Shown: positions 39,908-49,031, numbered from the stretch's first letter. The stretch is DNA of 64,000 nucleotides from Phenylobacterium sp. (GCF_020253645.1 NZ_JADCBG010000037.1:24501-88500); one strand, 5' to 3'. Made by a program: numbers and translations. Notes: generated by a model from the letters alone, not told the origin.

Positions 39908-41404
39908 ATGAGCACCCCCAATACATCGACAGACCCAGCGGAGGCGTCACGCCCCGAGGCCCGCGCGCCCCGCGGCTTCGTTGACCGCCGCGCCCGCGAC
40001 CTGGCCGCAGAGCGCCGGATCCTGGCCCGGGTCTCCGAGGTCTATGAGCGCTATGGCTTCGAGGCCCTCGACACCGGCGCCCTCGAGTACGCCGACGCCC
40101 TGGGCAAGTTCCTGCCCGACGCCGACCGTCCCAACGAAGGCGTCTTCGCTCTGCAGGACGACGACGACCAGTGGATGGCCCTGCGCTACGACCTCACCGC
40201 GCCCCTGGCCCGCTTTGTCGCCCAGAACCGCGAGGGCCTGACCCGGCCCTTCCGGCGCTACGCCTACGGCCCGGTCTGGCGCAACGAGAAGCCCGGCCCG
40301 GGGCGTTTCCGCGAGTTCACCCAGTGCGACGCCGACACGGTGGGTTCGGCCCGGCCCGAGGCCGACGCGGAGATCATCGCCATGGCCGCCGAGGGCCTGG
40401 CCGCCGCCGGCCTGCCAGAGGGCGGCTATGTCCTGCGCATCAACAACCGGCGCCTGCTCAACGGCCTGCTCGACCGGGCCGGCGTGGCGGACGAGGGCCA
40501 GAAGCTGGCCGTCCTGCGGGCCGTCGACAAGCTGGACAGGCTGGGCCCGGAGGGCGTCCGCCTCCTCCTCGGCGAGGGCCGGAAGGACGAGTCCGGGGCC
40601 TTCACCCGCGGGGCCGGGCTCACGCCCTCGGCGGCCGAGTCCGTCCTGGCCTTCACCGCCGCGGGGGCGGGCGACCGGGCCGAGACCCTGCGCCGGATCG
40701 CCGCGGTGATCGGCGGCTCGGCCGAGGGCGACGCCGGGCTCGAGGAGCTGGCGGGCATTGACCGGGCCCTCGCCGGCATGGGTGTGGGCGCCGACCGGGC
40801 GGTCTTCGATCCCTCCGTGGTCCGGGGGCTGGAGTACTACACCGGCGCCGTCTTCGAGGCTGAGCTGCGCCTCGAGACCCTGGACGAGAAGGGCCAGCCG
40901 GCCCGGTTCGGCTCGGTGGGCGGTGGCGGCCGCTATGATGACCTGATCGCCCGCTTCACAGGAGAGCGCACCCCCGCCACCGGCTTCTCCTTCGGCGTCT
41001 CGCGCCTCGCCGCCGCCCTTCGCGCCGCGGGCCGGGACCTGGGCCGGGAGGCGAGGGGGCCTGTCGTGATCATCGCCTTCTCGCCGGACGACATGGCCGC
41101 CTACTTCGCCGTGGCCGCCGAACTGCGGGCCGCCGGGATCGCCGCCGAGGTCTATCTCGGCGCTTCCGGGATGAAGGCCCAGATGAAGTACGCCGACCGC
41201 CGTCTGTCTCCCGCCGCCGTCATCCTGGGGGGTGACGAGATCGCCGCCGGGACGGTCACCATCAAGGACCTCGACCTCGGCCGGGCCCTCGCCTCCGACG
41301 TCACGGACAACGCCGCCTGGCGGGCCGAACGCCCGGGCCAGCAGACCGTCCCCCGCGACCAGTTGGTCGGCGTGGTCCGGCGCATCCTGGGGGACGCGCC
41401 ATGA
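39908..41404 (+). CDS. hisS: Histidine--tRNA ligase
   Basis: PRGFVD, LRYDLTAP.ARF, WRNEKPGPGRFREF.QCDAD, VRGLEYYTG, GGGRYD. Confidence 0.97.
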   Translation: MSTPNTSTDPAEASRPEARAPRGFVDRRARDLAAERRILARVSEVYERYGFEALDTGALEYADALGKFLPDADRPNEGVFALQDDDDQWMALRYDLTAPLARFVAQNREGLTRPFRRYAYGPVWRNEKPGPGRFREFTQCDADTVGSARPEADAEIIAMAAEGLAAAGLPEGGYVLRINNRRLLNGLLDRAGVADEGQKLAVLRAVDKLDRLGPEGVRLLLGEGRKDESGAFTRGAGLTPSAAESVLAFTAAGAGDRAETLRRIAAVIGGSAEGDAGLEELAGIDRALAGMGVGADRAVFDPSVVRGLEYYTGAVFEAELRLETLDEKGQPARFGSVGGGGRYDDLIARFTGERTPATGFSFGVSRLAAALRAAGRDLGREARGPVVIIAFSPDDMAAYFAVAAELRAAGIAAEVYLGASGMKAQMKYADRRLSPAAVILGGDEIAAGTVTIKDLDLGRALASDVTDNAAWRAERPGQQTVPRDQLVGVVRRILGDAP

Positions 41405-42531
41405 TCCAGACCCCGGCTCTTCCGCAAGCCCGGCTCGAGGCGATCCGCACGCCTTTTCGGGAGACCGGAGCGGACTGGGTGCAACCCCCGGTCCTTCAGC
41501 CCCTGTCCTTGATCCTTGACCTGGCGGGAGAGGCCCTCCGCTCTCAGCTCTTCGTGCTTCAGGCGGCGGGTGGGGAAGAACTCTGCCTTCGCCCGGACCT
41601 CACCACGCCCGTGGCACGGCTGCACCTTGCGTCCGGTGCGGCGACCCGGGACTACGCCTATGAGGGGCTTGTCTTCCGGGCCTCCGCGCATGAACCTCAG
41701 GAGGTGCTGCAGATCGGCATAGAGAGGTTCGCGCCAGAGGCCGATCGGGTCTCGGCCGACGCGGATCTGGTGGACCTGATCTGGCGCGCCGCGATGGGCG
41801 GGGGGCGGCGGGACCTGTCGCTAAGGCTGGGTGATGCGGGTCTCTTTCGCGCCTTTGTAGAGTCCCTCGCCCTGAGCCCGGTCCAGACTTCCCGGCTGGT
41901 GCGGATGGCCGCCCGACCCAGCCAGATGGCCGCAGAGCTGGCCGGAGCGGGCGAGTCGGCCCTCCCGCGGGAGGAAGAGGCTGTGATTGCAAGGCGGCTC
42001 GGCGCCCTTCCGCCAGAGGAGGCTGCGGCCCTTCTGGAGGAAATCTGGAGCCTCTCAGGCATCACCCCGGTGGGAGGGCGAGGTGCGATGGAGATCGCCG
42101 CCCGGCTTATCCGCCGCTCCGAGTCCGCCCTGGCGCCCGCCCTCTCTCAGGGCGAGGCGGACGCTGTCCGAGCTTTCCTGGCGGTTCGGGACACGCCCCG
42201 GGAAGCCCTGAAGCAGATCGCCCGGCTGGCGCCAGGCGCAGGGACCCTGCAGGCGCGACTCACCGACTGGGCGCGCCGACTGGACAGGATCGAGGCGGCG
42301 TCCGCCGGCCTTGCCGCCACTGTTTTCGAGGCCGCGCCCCGAGGCGATTTCGCCTATTACGACGGCCTGGTCGTCGAGGTCCTCTCTGACGCCCTGGGCC
42401 CCGATCGCCCCCTTGCCGCCGGCGGGCGGTACGACGGTCTTCCCGCCCGCCTCTCAGGGGCGCCGTGGACCGGATCGGCTCTGGGCGGGATGGTCCTGCC
42501 CGGACGAGCCATCCTGGAGGCGGGACAATGA
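41401..42531 (+). CDS. hisZ: ATP phosphoribosyltransferase regulatory subunit
   Basis: LCLRPDLT.PV, Y.Y.G.VFR, Q.GIE, AYYDG, AGGRYDGL; HisRS paralog lying between hisS and hisG. Confidence 0.9.
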   Translation: MIQTPALPQARLEAIRTPFRETGADWVQPPVLQPLSLILDLAGEALRSQLFVLQAAGGEELCLRPDLTTPVARLHLASGAATRDYAYEGLVFRASAHEPQEVLQIGIERFAPEADRVSADADLVDLIWRAAMGGGRRDLSLRLGDAGLFRAFVESLALSPVQTSRLVRMAARPSQMAAELAGAGESALPREEEAVIARRLGALPPEEAAALLEEIWSLSGITPVGGRGAMEIAARLIRRSESALAPALSQGEADAVRAFLAVRDTPREALKQIARLAPGAGTLQARLTDWARRLDRIEAASAGLAATVFEAAPRGDFAYYDGLVVEVLSDALGPDRPLAAGGRYDGLPARLSGAPWTGSALGGMVLPGRAILEAGQ

Positions 42532-43478
42532 ACGAGCCGCTGATCTTCGCCATTCCCTCAAAGGGGCGATTGAAGGAGCAGGTCGAGTCCTGGCTCGAGG
42601 ACTGTGGCCTCGGCCTCGACATGAGCGGGGGAGAGCGGGGCTACCGGGCCCGCCTTCGCGGTGTCGACGGCGTCCAGGTCCGGCTCTTGTCCGCCAGCGA
42701 CATCGCCTCCGCCCTGGTGGCCGGTGAGGCGCATCTTGGAATCACGGGCGAGGACCTTCTGCGGGAACAGGGCGCGGAGGCGGCTGCGTCCGCCCTGCTG
42801 CTGCGGGCTCTTGGCTTCGGCCGGGCGGACCTGGTCGTCGCCGCGCCCCGCAGCTGGCTGGATGTCTCGACGCTCGCCGACCTGGAGGAGGTCGCCCATG
42901 AGCGCCTGGTCCGAACTGGCCGCCGGCTGCGGGTGGCCACAAAGTACCTTGTCCAGACCCGTGAGTTCTTCGCCCGCCACGGAGTGACGGACTATCGGAT
43001 CGTGGAGTCCGGCGGCGCCACTGAGGGGGCGCCGGCTGCAGGCGTCGCCGATGTGGTGGTGGACATCACCACCACCGGAGCGACCCTGCGGGCCAATGAC
43101 CTGAAGATCCTTCGTGACGGGATCATTCTCCGGAGCCAGGCTCAGCTGACGGCCGCCCTGCGGGCGCGATGGACGCCGGAAGGGCTGGTTGCGGCGGAAT
43201 CGCTGGTCAGGATCGTCGAGGCCAGGGCCGCGGCCCACGCCTCCGCGACACTCATCTGGCCGGGTGGCGATTCGGACCCTATCCTTCCTGACCTGGAGGC
43301 TCTCGGGGCCGTACGCCGGCCGAATGGTCTCCTGGCTCCGGTCGATCTGGTGGCCCGTGTTGCGGCCCGACTGACGGCCGCGGGGCGCGGGCCCGTCACG
43401 GCCTCACGCCCCGACTTCGTCTTCGAGACGGCCTGCCCGCCGATCGAGCGGCTGCGCAGCGCCCTGCAACTTATTTGA
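42528..43478 (+). CDS. hisG: ATP phosphoribosyltransferase
   Basis: AIPSKGRL, LGITGEDL, LGFGRA, RVATKY, GATEGAP..G.AD..VDITTTG.TL.AN.L. Confidence 0.96.
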   Translation: MNEPLIFAIPSKGRLKEQVESWLEDCGLGLDMSGGERGYRARLRGVDGVQVRLLSASDIASALVAGEAHLGITGEDLLREQGAEAAASALLLRALGFGRADLVVAAPRSWLDVSTLADLEEVAHERLVRTGRRLRVATKYLVQTREFFARHGVTDYRIVESGGATEGAPAAGVADVVVDITTTGATLRANDLKILRDGIILRSQAQLTAALRARWTPEGLVAAESLVRIVEARAAAHASATLIWPGGDSDPILPDLEALGAVRRPNGLLAPVDLVARVAARLTAAGRGPVTASRPDFVFETACPPIERLRSALQLI

Positions 43479-43537
43479 CGGAAGTGTCAGGATTTTTACC
43501 TGCATCTGCAAGATTGGACGCACGATCAAACCGCTTG

Positions 43538-43566
43538 TTGACAGTGCCGGGCATTTGCCCTCAATT
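43538..43566 (+). promoter_or_regulatory. Sigma70-type promoter of the intergenic sRNA
   Basis: TTGACA-N17-TCAATT in an AT-rich stretch. Confidence 0.7.
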
Positions 43567-43569
43567 CTT

Positions 43570-43689
43570 GTCCTGCGAGAGACATGGCGGCCATTGAACC
43601 GTCAATCTCCGGCGTTTCGGGGAGGAAACGCCCTCTTCAATTCCAAGGCCGAAGGCCGAGACAACCCGCCGGGAGGCGGGTTGTTTTTT
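43570..43689 (+). ncRNA. Putative trans-acting small RNA (~120 nt)
   Basis: Own promoter; stem GGCGTTTC/GAAACGCC with loop GGGGAG; outer ATTGAA/TTCAAT pairing; intrinsic terminator; 5' end estimated. Confidence 0.7.
43661..43689 (+). terminator. Intrinsic terminator of the sRNA
   Basis: Perfect 10-bp stem ACAACCCGCC-ggga-GGCGGGTTGT followed by TTTTT. Confidence 0.88.
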
Positions 43690-43826
43690 GAATCCGGCGG
43701 AACTTTGACAAAGCCGTCAAATCCATTTCAGCGGCGACAAGGGCGGGCGCCAATCCCCGCCAGAGCCTGCTCCTGCAGGCCTGATTCGCCTGGGCGAAGG
43801 GCGCCGGATGGCGGAAGTGACATCGT

Positions 43827-45032
43827 ATGACCCGTCCCGGCGTCGTCATCGCAGGCGCAGGACCCGCCGGACTCATGGCCGCTGAGATCCTCGCCCGAGG
43901 CGGGGCGAAGGTGACCGTCCATGACCGCATGCCCAGCCCCGCCCGTCGCCTTCTGATGGCGGGTCGCGGCGGTCTGAACCTCACCCACTCCGAGCCCATC
44001 ACCGACATGATCGGGCGCTACAGCGCGCGGTCGGACAGGATCGCGCCATTCCTGGAGGCGTTCCCGCCCGCCGCCCTTCGCGACTGGGCCGAGGGACTGG
44101 GCCAGGCGACCTTTGTCGGCACCAGCGGTCGGGTCTTTCCACGTGCCCTCAAGGCCTCTCCCCTGGTGCGGGCGTGGCTGACGCGTCTGGACGATCTCGG
44201 GGTCGAAATCCGGCTCCGCTCGACCTGGACCGGGTGGGATCCGGACGGGCGTCCACGATTCCGTGGGCCTGATGGGGTCGAGGTTGGCCACGCCGCCGAC
44301 GCCCTGCTCCTTGCACTCGGGGGCGCCAGCTGGCCCCGCCTGGGGGCGGACGGCGGATGGACGGACCTGCTGGCTGCCGCTGGCGTCCCGCCTGCACCCC
44401 TCCGCCCAGCCAACTGTGGATTCGTCGCCGACCTGTCGCCGGCCTTCGCCGCCCGTCATGCCGGCGCCCCCCTGAAGGCCGTGGAGATCCGGTTCGGCGA
44501 GGCCACTGCGCGGGGAGATGTGGTTCTGACGCGTCGGGGTCTGGAGGGCGGGGCGATCTACGCCCTCTCCGCCCGCCTCCGGGACGCTGTCGAGTCGACA
44601 GGCGAGGCCCGGGTGTCCATTGATCTGCGGCCCGACCGGAGTATCGACGACCTGGCGGATCGGATCGCCCGCCAGCCACGAAAGGCCAGTCTGGCGACGC
44701 GACTGCGCAAGGCCCTGTCCCTTTCGCCCGCTGCGATCGCCCTGCTGCGCGACGCAGGCCCACCCCCGGCGGATCCCCTGGCCCTGGCCCGCAAGATCAA
44801 GTCCACCCCTCTGCGCCTTGTGGCGACCTCCGGTCTTGAGCGCGCCATCTCGACGGCGGGCGGCGTCCGGTTCGAAGACCTTGACCCTGGCCTCCAGCTC
44901 CGGGCGAGGCCCGGGGTCTGGGTCGCCGGAGAGATGATCGACTGGGAGGCGCCGACCGGGGGCTATCTCCTGCAGGCGGTCTTCGCCACCGGCGTCCGCG
45001 CCGCCCGGAACATTCTCGACCGGGCGGGCTGA
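43827..45032 (+). CDS. HI0933/BaiN-like flavoprotein
   Basis: IAGAGPAGLMAA, LMAGRGGLNLTHSE, GTSGRVFP, AISTAGGV, GEM.DWEAPTGGYLLQ. Confidence 0.9.
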   Translation: MTRPGVVIAGAGPAGLMAAEILARGGAKVTVHDRMPSPARRLLMAGRGGLNLTHSEPITDMIGRYSARSDRIAPFLEAFPPAALRDWAEGLGQATFVGTSGRVFPRALKASPLVRAWLTRLDDLGVEIRLRSTWTGWDPDGRPRFRGPDGVEVGHAADALLLALGGASWPRLGADGGWTDLLAAAGVPPAPLRPANCGFVADLSPAFAARHAGAPLKAVEIRFGEATARGDVVLTRRGLEGGAIYALSARLRDAVESTGEARVSIDLRPDRSIDDLADRIARQPRKASLATRLRKALSLSPAAIALLRDAGPPPADPLALARKIKSTPLRLVATSGLERAISTAGGVRFEDLDPGLQLRARPGVWVAGEMIDWEAPTGGYLLQAVFATGVRAARNILDRAG

Positions 45033-45036
45033 GGCG

Positions 45037-47070
45037 TCACCAGATCCGGGCCCTCTGGTCCTCAGGCAGGTGCATGGCGTCGCCCGGCTTGACCCCGAAG
45101 GCTTCGTGGAAGGCGTCGATATTCCGGACCGGCAGGTTCACACGCGCCTGGGGCGGCGAATGCGGCCCTGTGGTCAGTTGCTGGCGCGCACGATCATCGC
45201 GCAGCTTGGTCCGCCAGACCTGGGCCCAGCCGTAGAACACCCTCTGGTCGCCCGTCAGGCCGTCGATCACCGGCGCGGGGGCGCCCTTCAGGGAGGCGCG
45301 GTAGCCGTCAAGCGCCAGCAGGATTCCGCCGAGGTCTGCGATGTTCTCGCCCATGGTGAGGTCGCCCTTGATGAAGACGCCTGGCAGGGCCTCGAAGCCC
45401 GAGTACTGTGCGCCCAGCTTCGCGGACTCGGCCTTGAACCGTTCGGCGTCCTGCGGCGTCCACCAGTCGTTCAGGCGACCGTCACCGTCGGATTTGCGGC
45501 CCTGGTCATCGAAACCGTGGGTGATCTCGTGTCCGATCACCCCGCCGATGGCTCCGTAGTTGATCGCCATGTCGGCCTTGGGATCGAAGAAGGGCGGTTG
45601 CAGGATGCCGGCGGGGAAGACGATGACATTGCGGGTCGAGGAGTAGTAGGCGTTCACGGTCGCCGGGGTCATGGACCATTCCCGTCGGTCGACGGGTCTG
45701 TCCAGGCGGGTGACGAGGCGGTTCCAGTCCCACTCCCGGGCCCGCGAGACGTCTCCGAAGAGATCCCCCGGTGTCATCCGGAGCCCGGAATAGTCCCGCC
45801 AGACCTCGGGGTAACCGATCATGACGCTGAACTTCGACATCTTTTCCAGGGCGCGGGCGCGGGTCTCCGCGCCCATCCAGGAGACCCCCTCGATCCGCCT
45901 GCGCATGGCGGCCTTGATGTCGGCCACCAGGCTTTCCATCAGGGCTTTGGACTCCGGCGGGAAATAGGCGGCCACGTAGTCCCGCCCCAGGGCCTCGCCG
46001 AGCTGGTCGTCAACCAGGGCGACCGCCCGCTTCCAGCGCGGCTGCTGCTCCTGCTGCCCGGTCAGCACCTTGCCCCGGAAGTCGAAGTTCGCATTGTCGA
46101 ATGCCGGCGCGATGTAAGGGGCCGCCTCGTCGGTGAGGCTGAGAGCCATGTAGGCTTTAAGGGTCGCCAGAGGGGTTTCCGCGAAGATCTTGGCGATTTC
46201 CGGAAAGGCCTCCTGCTCGCGCAGGATCAGGCGAGGCACGCGGGAGAGGCCTGCGCCCTCCAGGTAGTCGGACCATGGAAAGCCGGGCGCGAGGCGGGCC
46301 AGTTCCCTCGGCGTCGCGGGATTGTAGGTGCGATCCCGATTCCGGCGCTGGGCGTTAGTCCAGGAAGCCTTCGCGATCTTCGTCTCGAACGCGAGGATAG
46401 CGTCCGCCGAGGCGCCCGGATCAGGCCAGCCGGCAAGCGTCAGAAGCCGCTCCACATAGGCCTGGTATTCGGCGCGTTGACGCTCGAAGCGGGGCTCGAG
46501 ATAGTAATCCCGGTCCGGCAGGTTGAGGCCCGCCTGGCCCAGATACACGGCGTAGGCCTGCGGATTTCGGGCGTCATCGAAGATGGCGGCCGAAAAGACC
46601 GAGCCTCCGAATCCCTTGGCCGAGCGGCCCATGAGCCGGGCGATCTCCCGATGGGTGCGCGTCCGGCGGATCTCTTCCAGGCCGGGCTCGATCGGCTTGG
46701 CGCCCAGTTCGGCGATCCTGGCCTCGTCCATGTAGTTCCGATAGAGGATCGCCAGCCGCGCCCGGTCCTCCGAGGGCGCGGGATCCGCCACGGCCCTCTC
46801 CAGGACGGCGCGCATGCGTTGCGCGGAAAGCTCCCGCAGCATGTCGAAGGCCCCGAAGCTGGACCGGTCGGCGGGAATCTCCAGCCCGTCCAGATAGACG
46901 CCGTTGGCATGGCGGAAGAAGTCTTCCGAGGCCGGGGTGGCTGGATCCCGGCCCGACAGGTCAAAGCCCCAGGCCCCCATTCGCGGCGCGGAGAGATCCG
47001 CGGCGGCGGCGGGCAGAGCCACCGCAAGGGCGAGAGCTGCGAAGAGAGGGCGGGCGAGGGTCACAGACAA
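45037..47070 (-). CDS. M13 family (neprilysin/PepO) metallopeptidase with signal peptide
   Basis: VNAYY, GHEITHGFDD, GENIAD, HSP; TTG start preceded by GGAG. Confidence 0.95.
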   Translation of the reverse strand: MSVTLARPLFAALALAVALPAAAADLSAPRMGAWGFDLSGRDPATPASEDFFRHANGVYLDGLEIPADRSSFGAFDMLRELSAQRMRAVLERAVADPAPSEDRARLAILYRNYMDEARIAELGAKPIEPGLEEIRRTRTHREIARLMGRSAKGFGGSVFSAAIFDDARNPQAYAVYLGQAGLNLPDRDYYLEPRFERQRAEYQAYVERLLTLAGWPDPGASADAILAFETKIAKASWTNAQRRNRDRTYNPATPRELARLAPGFPWSDYLEGAGLSRVPRLILREQEAFPEIAKIFAETPLATLKAYMALSLTDEAAPYIAPAFDNANFDFRGKVLTGQQEQQPRWKRAVALVDDQLGEALGRDYVAAYFPPESKALMESLVADIKAAMRRRIEGVSWMGAETRARALEKMSKFSVMIGYPEVWRDYSGLRMTPGDLFGDVSRAREWDWNRLVTRLDRPVDRREWSMTPATVNAYYSSTRNVIVFPAGILQPPFFDPKADMAINYGAIGGVIGHEITHGFDDQGRKSDGDGRLNDWWTPQDAERFKAESAKLGAQYSGFEALPGVFIKGDLTMGENIADLGGILLALDGYRASLKGAPAPVIDGLTGDQRVFYGWAQVWRTKLRDDRARQQLTTGPHSPPQARVNLPVRNIDAFHEAFGVKPGDAMHLPEDQRARIW

Positions 47071-47252
47071 CTCCGGGCGATGACGAAGACCGAAGCCAGA
47101 TTGGCGCCTGAGCCCGGAGTTATCACGCAGATTCTGAACCGTCTGGACCCGAAGCTACAGTCCGCCGGTGGCAGACGCCCCGCCGCGGCGACTGCACCGG
47201 GGTCTCGCACCTGACGCGCCCTTGAGCCATAGTCGCGATCGAGGGGGAGACC

Positions 47253-49031
47253 ATGGCTTTTCCGGCGCCCGGCGAGTTCAAGGATGTCGTGCTGTTTCTT
47301 GCGACAGCCGGGATCGTCGTGCCCGTTTTCCGGCGGTGGAAGGTCAGCCCGATCCTGGGGTTTCTCGTTGCGGGCGTCGTTCTGGGGCCCTCGGGGCTTG
47401 GCGCCCTGGCGTCCCATTTCCCCTGGGCGGCGGAAGTCACGATTGATTCGCCGGAAGACCTTGGACAGCTCGGCGAACTCGGCGTCGTCTTTCTCATGTT
47501 CATGATCGGCCTGGAGCTGTCGTGGGTCCGGCTCTGGCTCATGCGCCGCTATGTCTTCGGACTCGGCGTCCTGCAGGTGCTCGGCTGCGGCCTGATCGTT
47601 GCGCTCATCACCCACGCCTTCGGAGCATCAGTCACCACCGCCGCCGCAGTCGGCGCGGCCATGGCCCTGTCCTCGACGGCGGTGGTCATGCCTATCCTGA
47701 CAGAGAACCGGAGGCAGCACGTCCAGGCTGGACGGATCACATTCGCGGTGCTGCTGTTCCAGGATCTCGCAGTAGCCCCCATCCTCATCACCCTCGCCGT
47801 CCTCGGACGGGAGGGAGGCGGCGAGACCCTGTCTGCTGAAAGCCTTCTCAGCTTCGCGCCCGCCGCCCTGGCCGTTGCGGCCCTGCTCGTCTTCGGCCGT
47901 TTTCTCCTGCGTCCGATGATGCGCTCGGTGGCGCGGGCCCGGAGCGAGGAACTGTTTGTCGCCGCCTGCCTTCTGGTGGTCATTGGCTCGGGATTGCTGG
48001 CCGCCGTGGCCGGGCTTTCCATGGCGCTTGGCGCCTTCGTCGCCGGCCTGCTCCTCGCCGAGACGGAGTTCCGGCACCAGGTTGAACAGGTGATCGAGCC
48101 CTTCAAGGGGCTGCTGCTCGGGCTTTTCTTCCTGGCGGTGGGCGCGGGCCTGGACGTCGGCCTGCTCCTTCGCGAGCCCCTGCAGATCCTGGGCGTGACC
48201 TTCGGGCTGATGGCGATCAATGCGGCCTTGATCTTTGGTCTCGCGAGGGCGTTCGGCCTCACCTCGCGGTCGGCGGCGGAGGCCGCTCTCCTTCTGGCGG
48301 CCAGCGGCGAGTTCGCCTTCGTCATTCTGGCCTCCGCCATGGACAAGGGCTTGGTCCCGGAGGACCTTGGCCAGAGTCTGCTGGTGTCCGCGACCGTCTC
48401 GATGATGTGTATTCCCGCCCTCGCCGCCCTGGGCCTTCGCGTTGCGGGTCGGGCGACGGCGGGGGTTTCGGAGGCGACCACCGGAGCCGCCCGCGCGCCC
48501 GAGGGGCGCGTGCTCATTGTCGGCTTCGGGCGGGTCGGCCGCCTGGTGGGGGAAATGCTTGACCGGCACGGGGTTCCCTGGGCGGCCGTCGATATGGACG
48601 CAGGGGTGGTTGAGCGGGGCCGCCGCAGCGGCCGGAACCTCTATTTCGGCGACGCCTCCCGCCCTGGGTTCCTGCAGCGCTGCGGTCTCGATACGGCGAG
48701 GGCGCTCGTCATCACCGCCGATTCAAACGGAGACGGCGGCGGGGGCGTCGAGGCTCTGGTGGCCCTGGCCCGGGACCAGAGAGCAGACATCGTCATTGTC
48801 GCCCGCGCGCGAGACAGCCAGGAGGCCCTGAGGCTCTACGATCTTGGCGTGAGCGATGCGGTGCCGGAAACCATCGAGGCCAGTCTTCAGCTATCCGAGG
48901 CGGTGCTCGTCGGCGTCGGCGTCCCGGCCGGGCCAGTGATCGCCTCGATTCACGAACGGCGCGATGAGTTCCGCCGGGAACTGAACCGGGGGGACGGATT
49001 TCTCGCCAAGACCAGTCCCGAGGGCGGCTGA
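47253..49031 (+). CDS. CPA2/Kef-type cation:proton antiporter with TrkA-N domain
   Basis: ELGVVFLMF.IGLELS, LLFQDLA, LSMALGAF.AGLLLAETEFRHQ, IVGFGRVG, FGDA. Confidence 0.93.
   Translation: MAFPAPGEFKDVVLFLATAGIVVPVFRRWKVSPILGFLVAGVVLGPSGLGALASHFPWAAEVTIDSPEDLGQLGELGVVFLMFMIGLELSWVRLWLMRRYVFGLGVLQVLGCGLIVALITHAFGASVTTAAAVGAAMALSSTAVVMPILTENRRQHVQAGRITFAVLLFQDLAVAPILITLAVLGREGGGETLSAESLLSFAPAALAVAALLVFGRFLLRPMMRSVARARSEELFVAACLLVVIGSGLLAAVAGLSMALGAFVAGLLLAETEFRHQVEQVIEPFKGLLLGLFFLAVGAGLDVGLLLREPLQILGVTFGLMAINAALIFGLARAFGLTSRSAAEAALLLAASGEFAFVILASAMDKGLVPEDLGQSLLVSATVSMMCIPALAALGLRVAGRATAGVSEATTGAARAPEGRVLIVGFGRVGRLVGEMLDRHGVPWAAVDMDAGVVERGRRSGRNLYFGDASRPGFLQRCGLDTARALVITADSNGDGGGGVEALVALARDQRADIVIVARARDSQEALRLYDLGVSDAVPETIEASLQLSEAVLVGVGVPAGPVIASIHERRDEFRRELNRGDGFLAKTSPEGG

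Noticed and set aside
43600-43660. A minus-strand suhB/alpha-r8 sRNA gene (reads GGGCGTTTCCTCCCC)
   Set aside because: No terminator follows on the minus strand, whereas promoter and terminator are both clear on the plus strand.
43584-43691. 35-aa ORF (MAAIEPSISG...) inside the sRNA
   Set aside because: Runs through the terminator stem and has no distinctive composition; RNA structure explains the region better, though a dual function is not excluded.
43767-43778. Second CTGC-N4-GCAG PhaR-like match
   Set aside because: An 8-bp GC-rich motif is expected by chance at this GC content and has no PHB-related context.
45070-47214. 714-aa plus-strand ORF, and similar long ORFs such as 26089-28059, 50678-52642, 11109-12818 and 958-2376
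   Set aside because: Antisense shadows of well-supported genes; typical of high-GC DNA and with no recognisable motifs.
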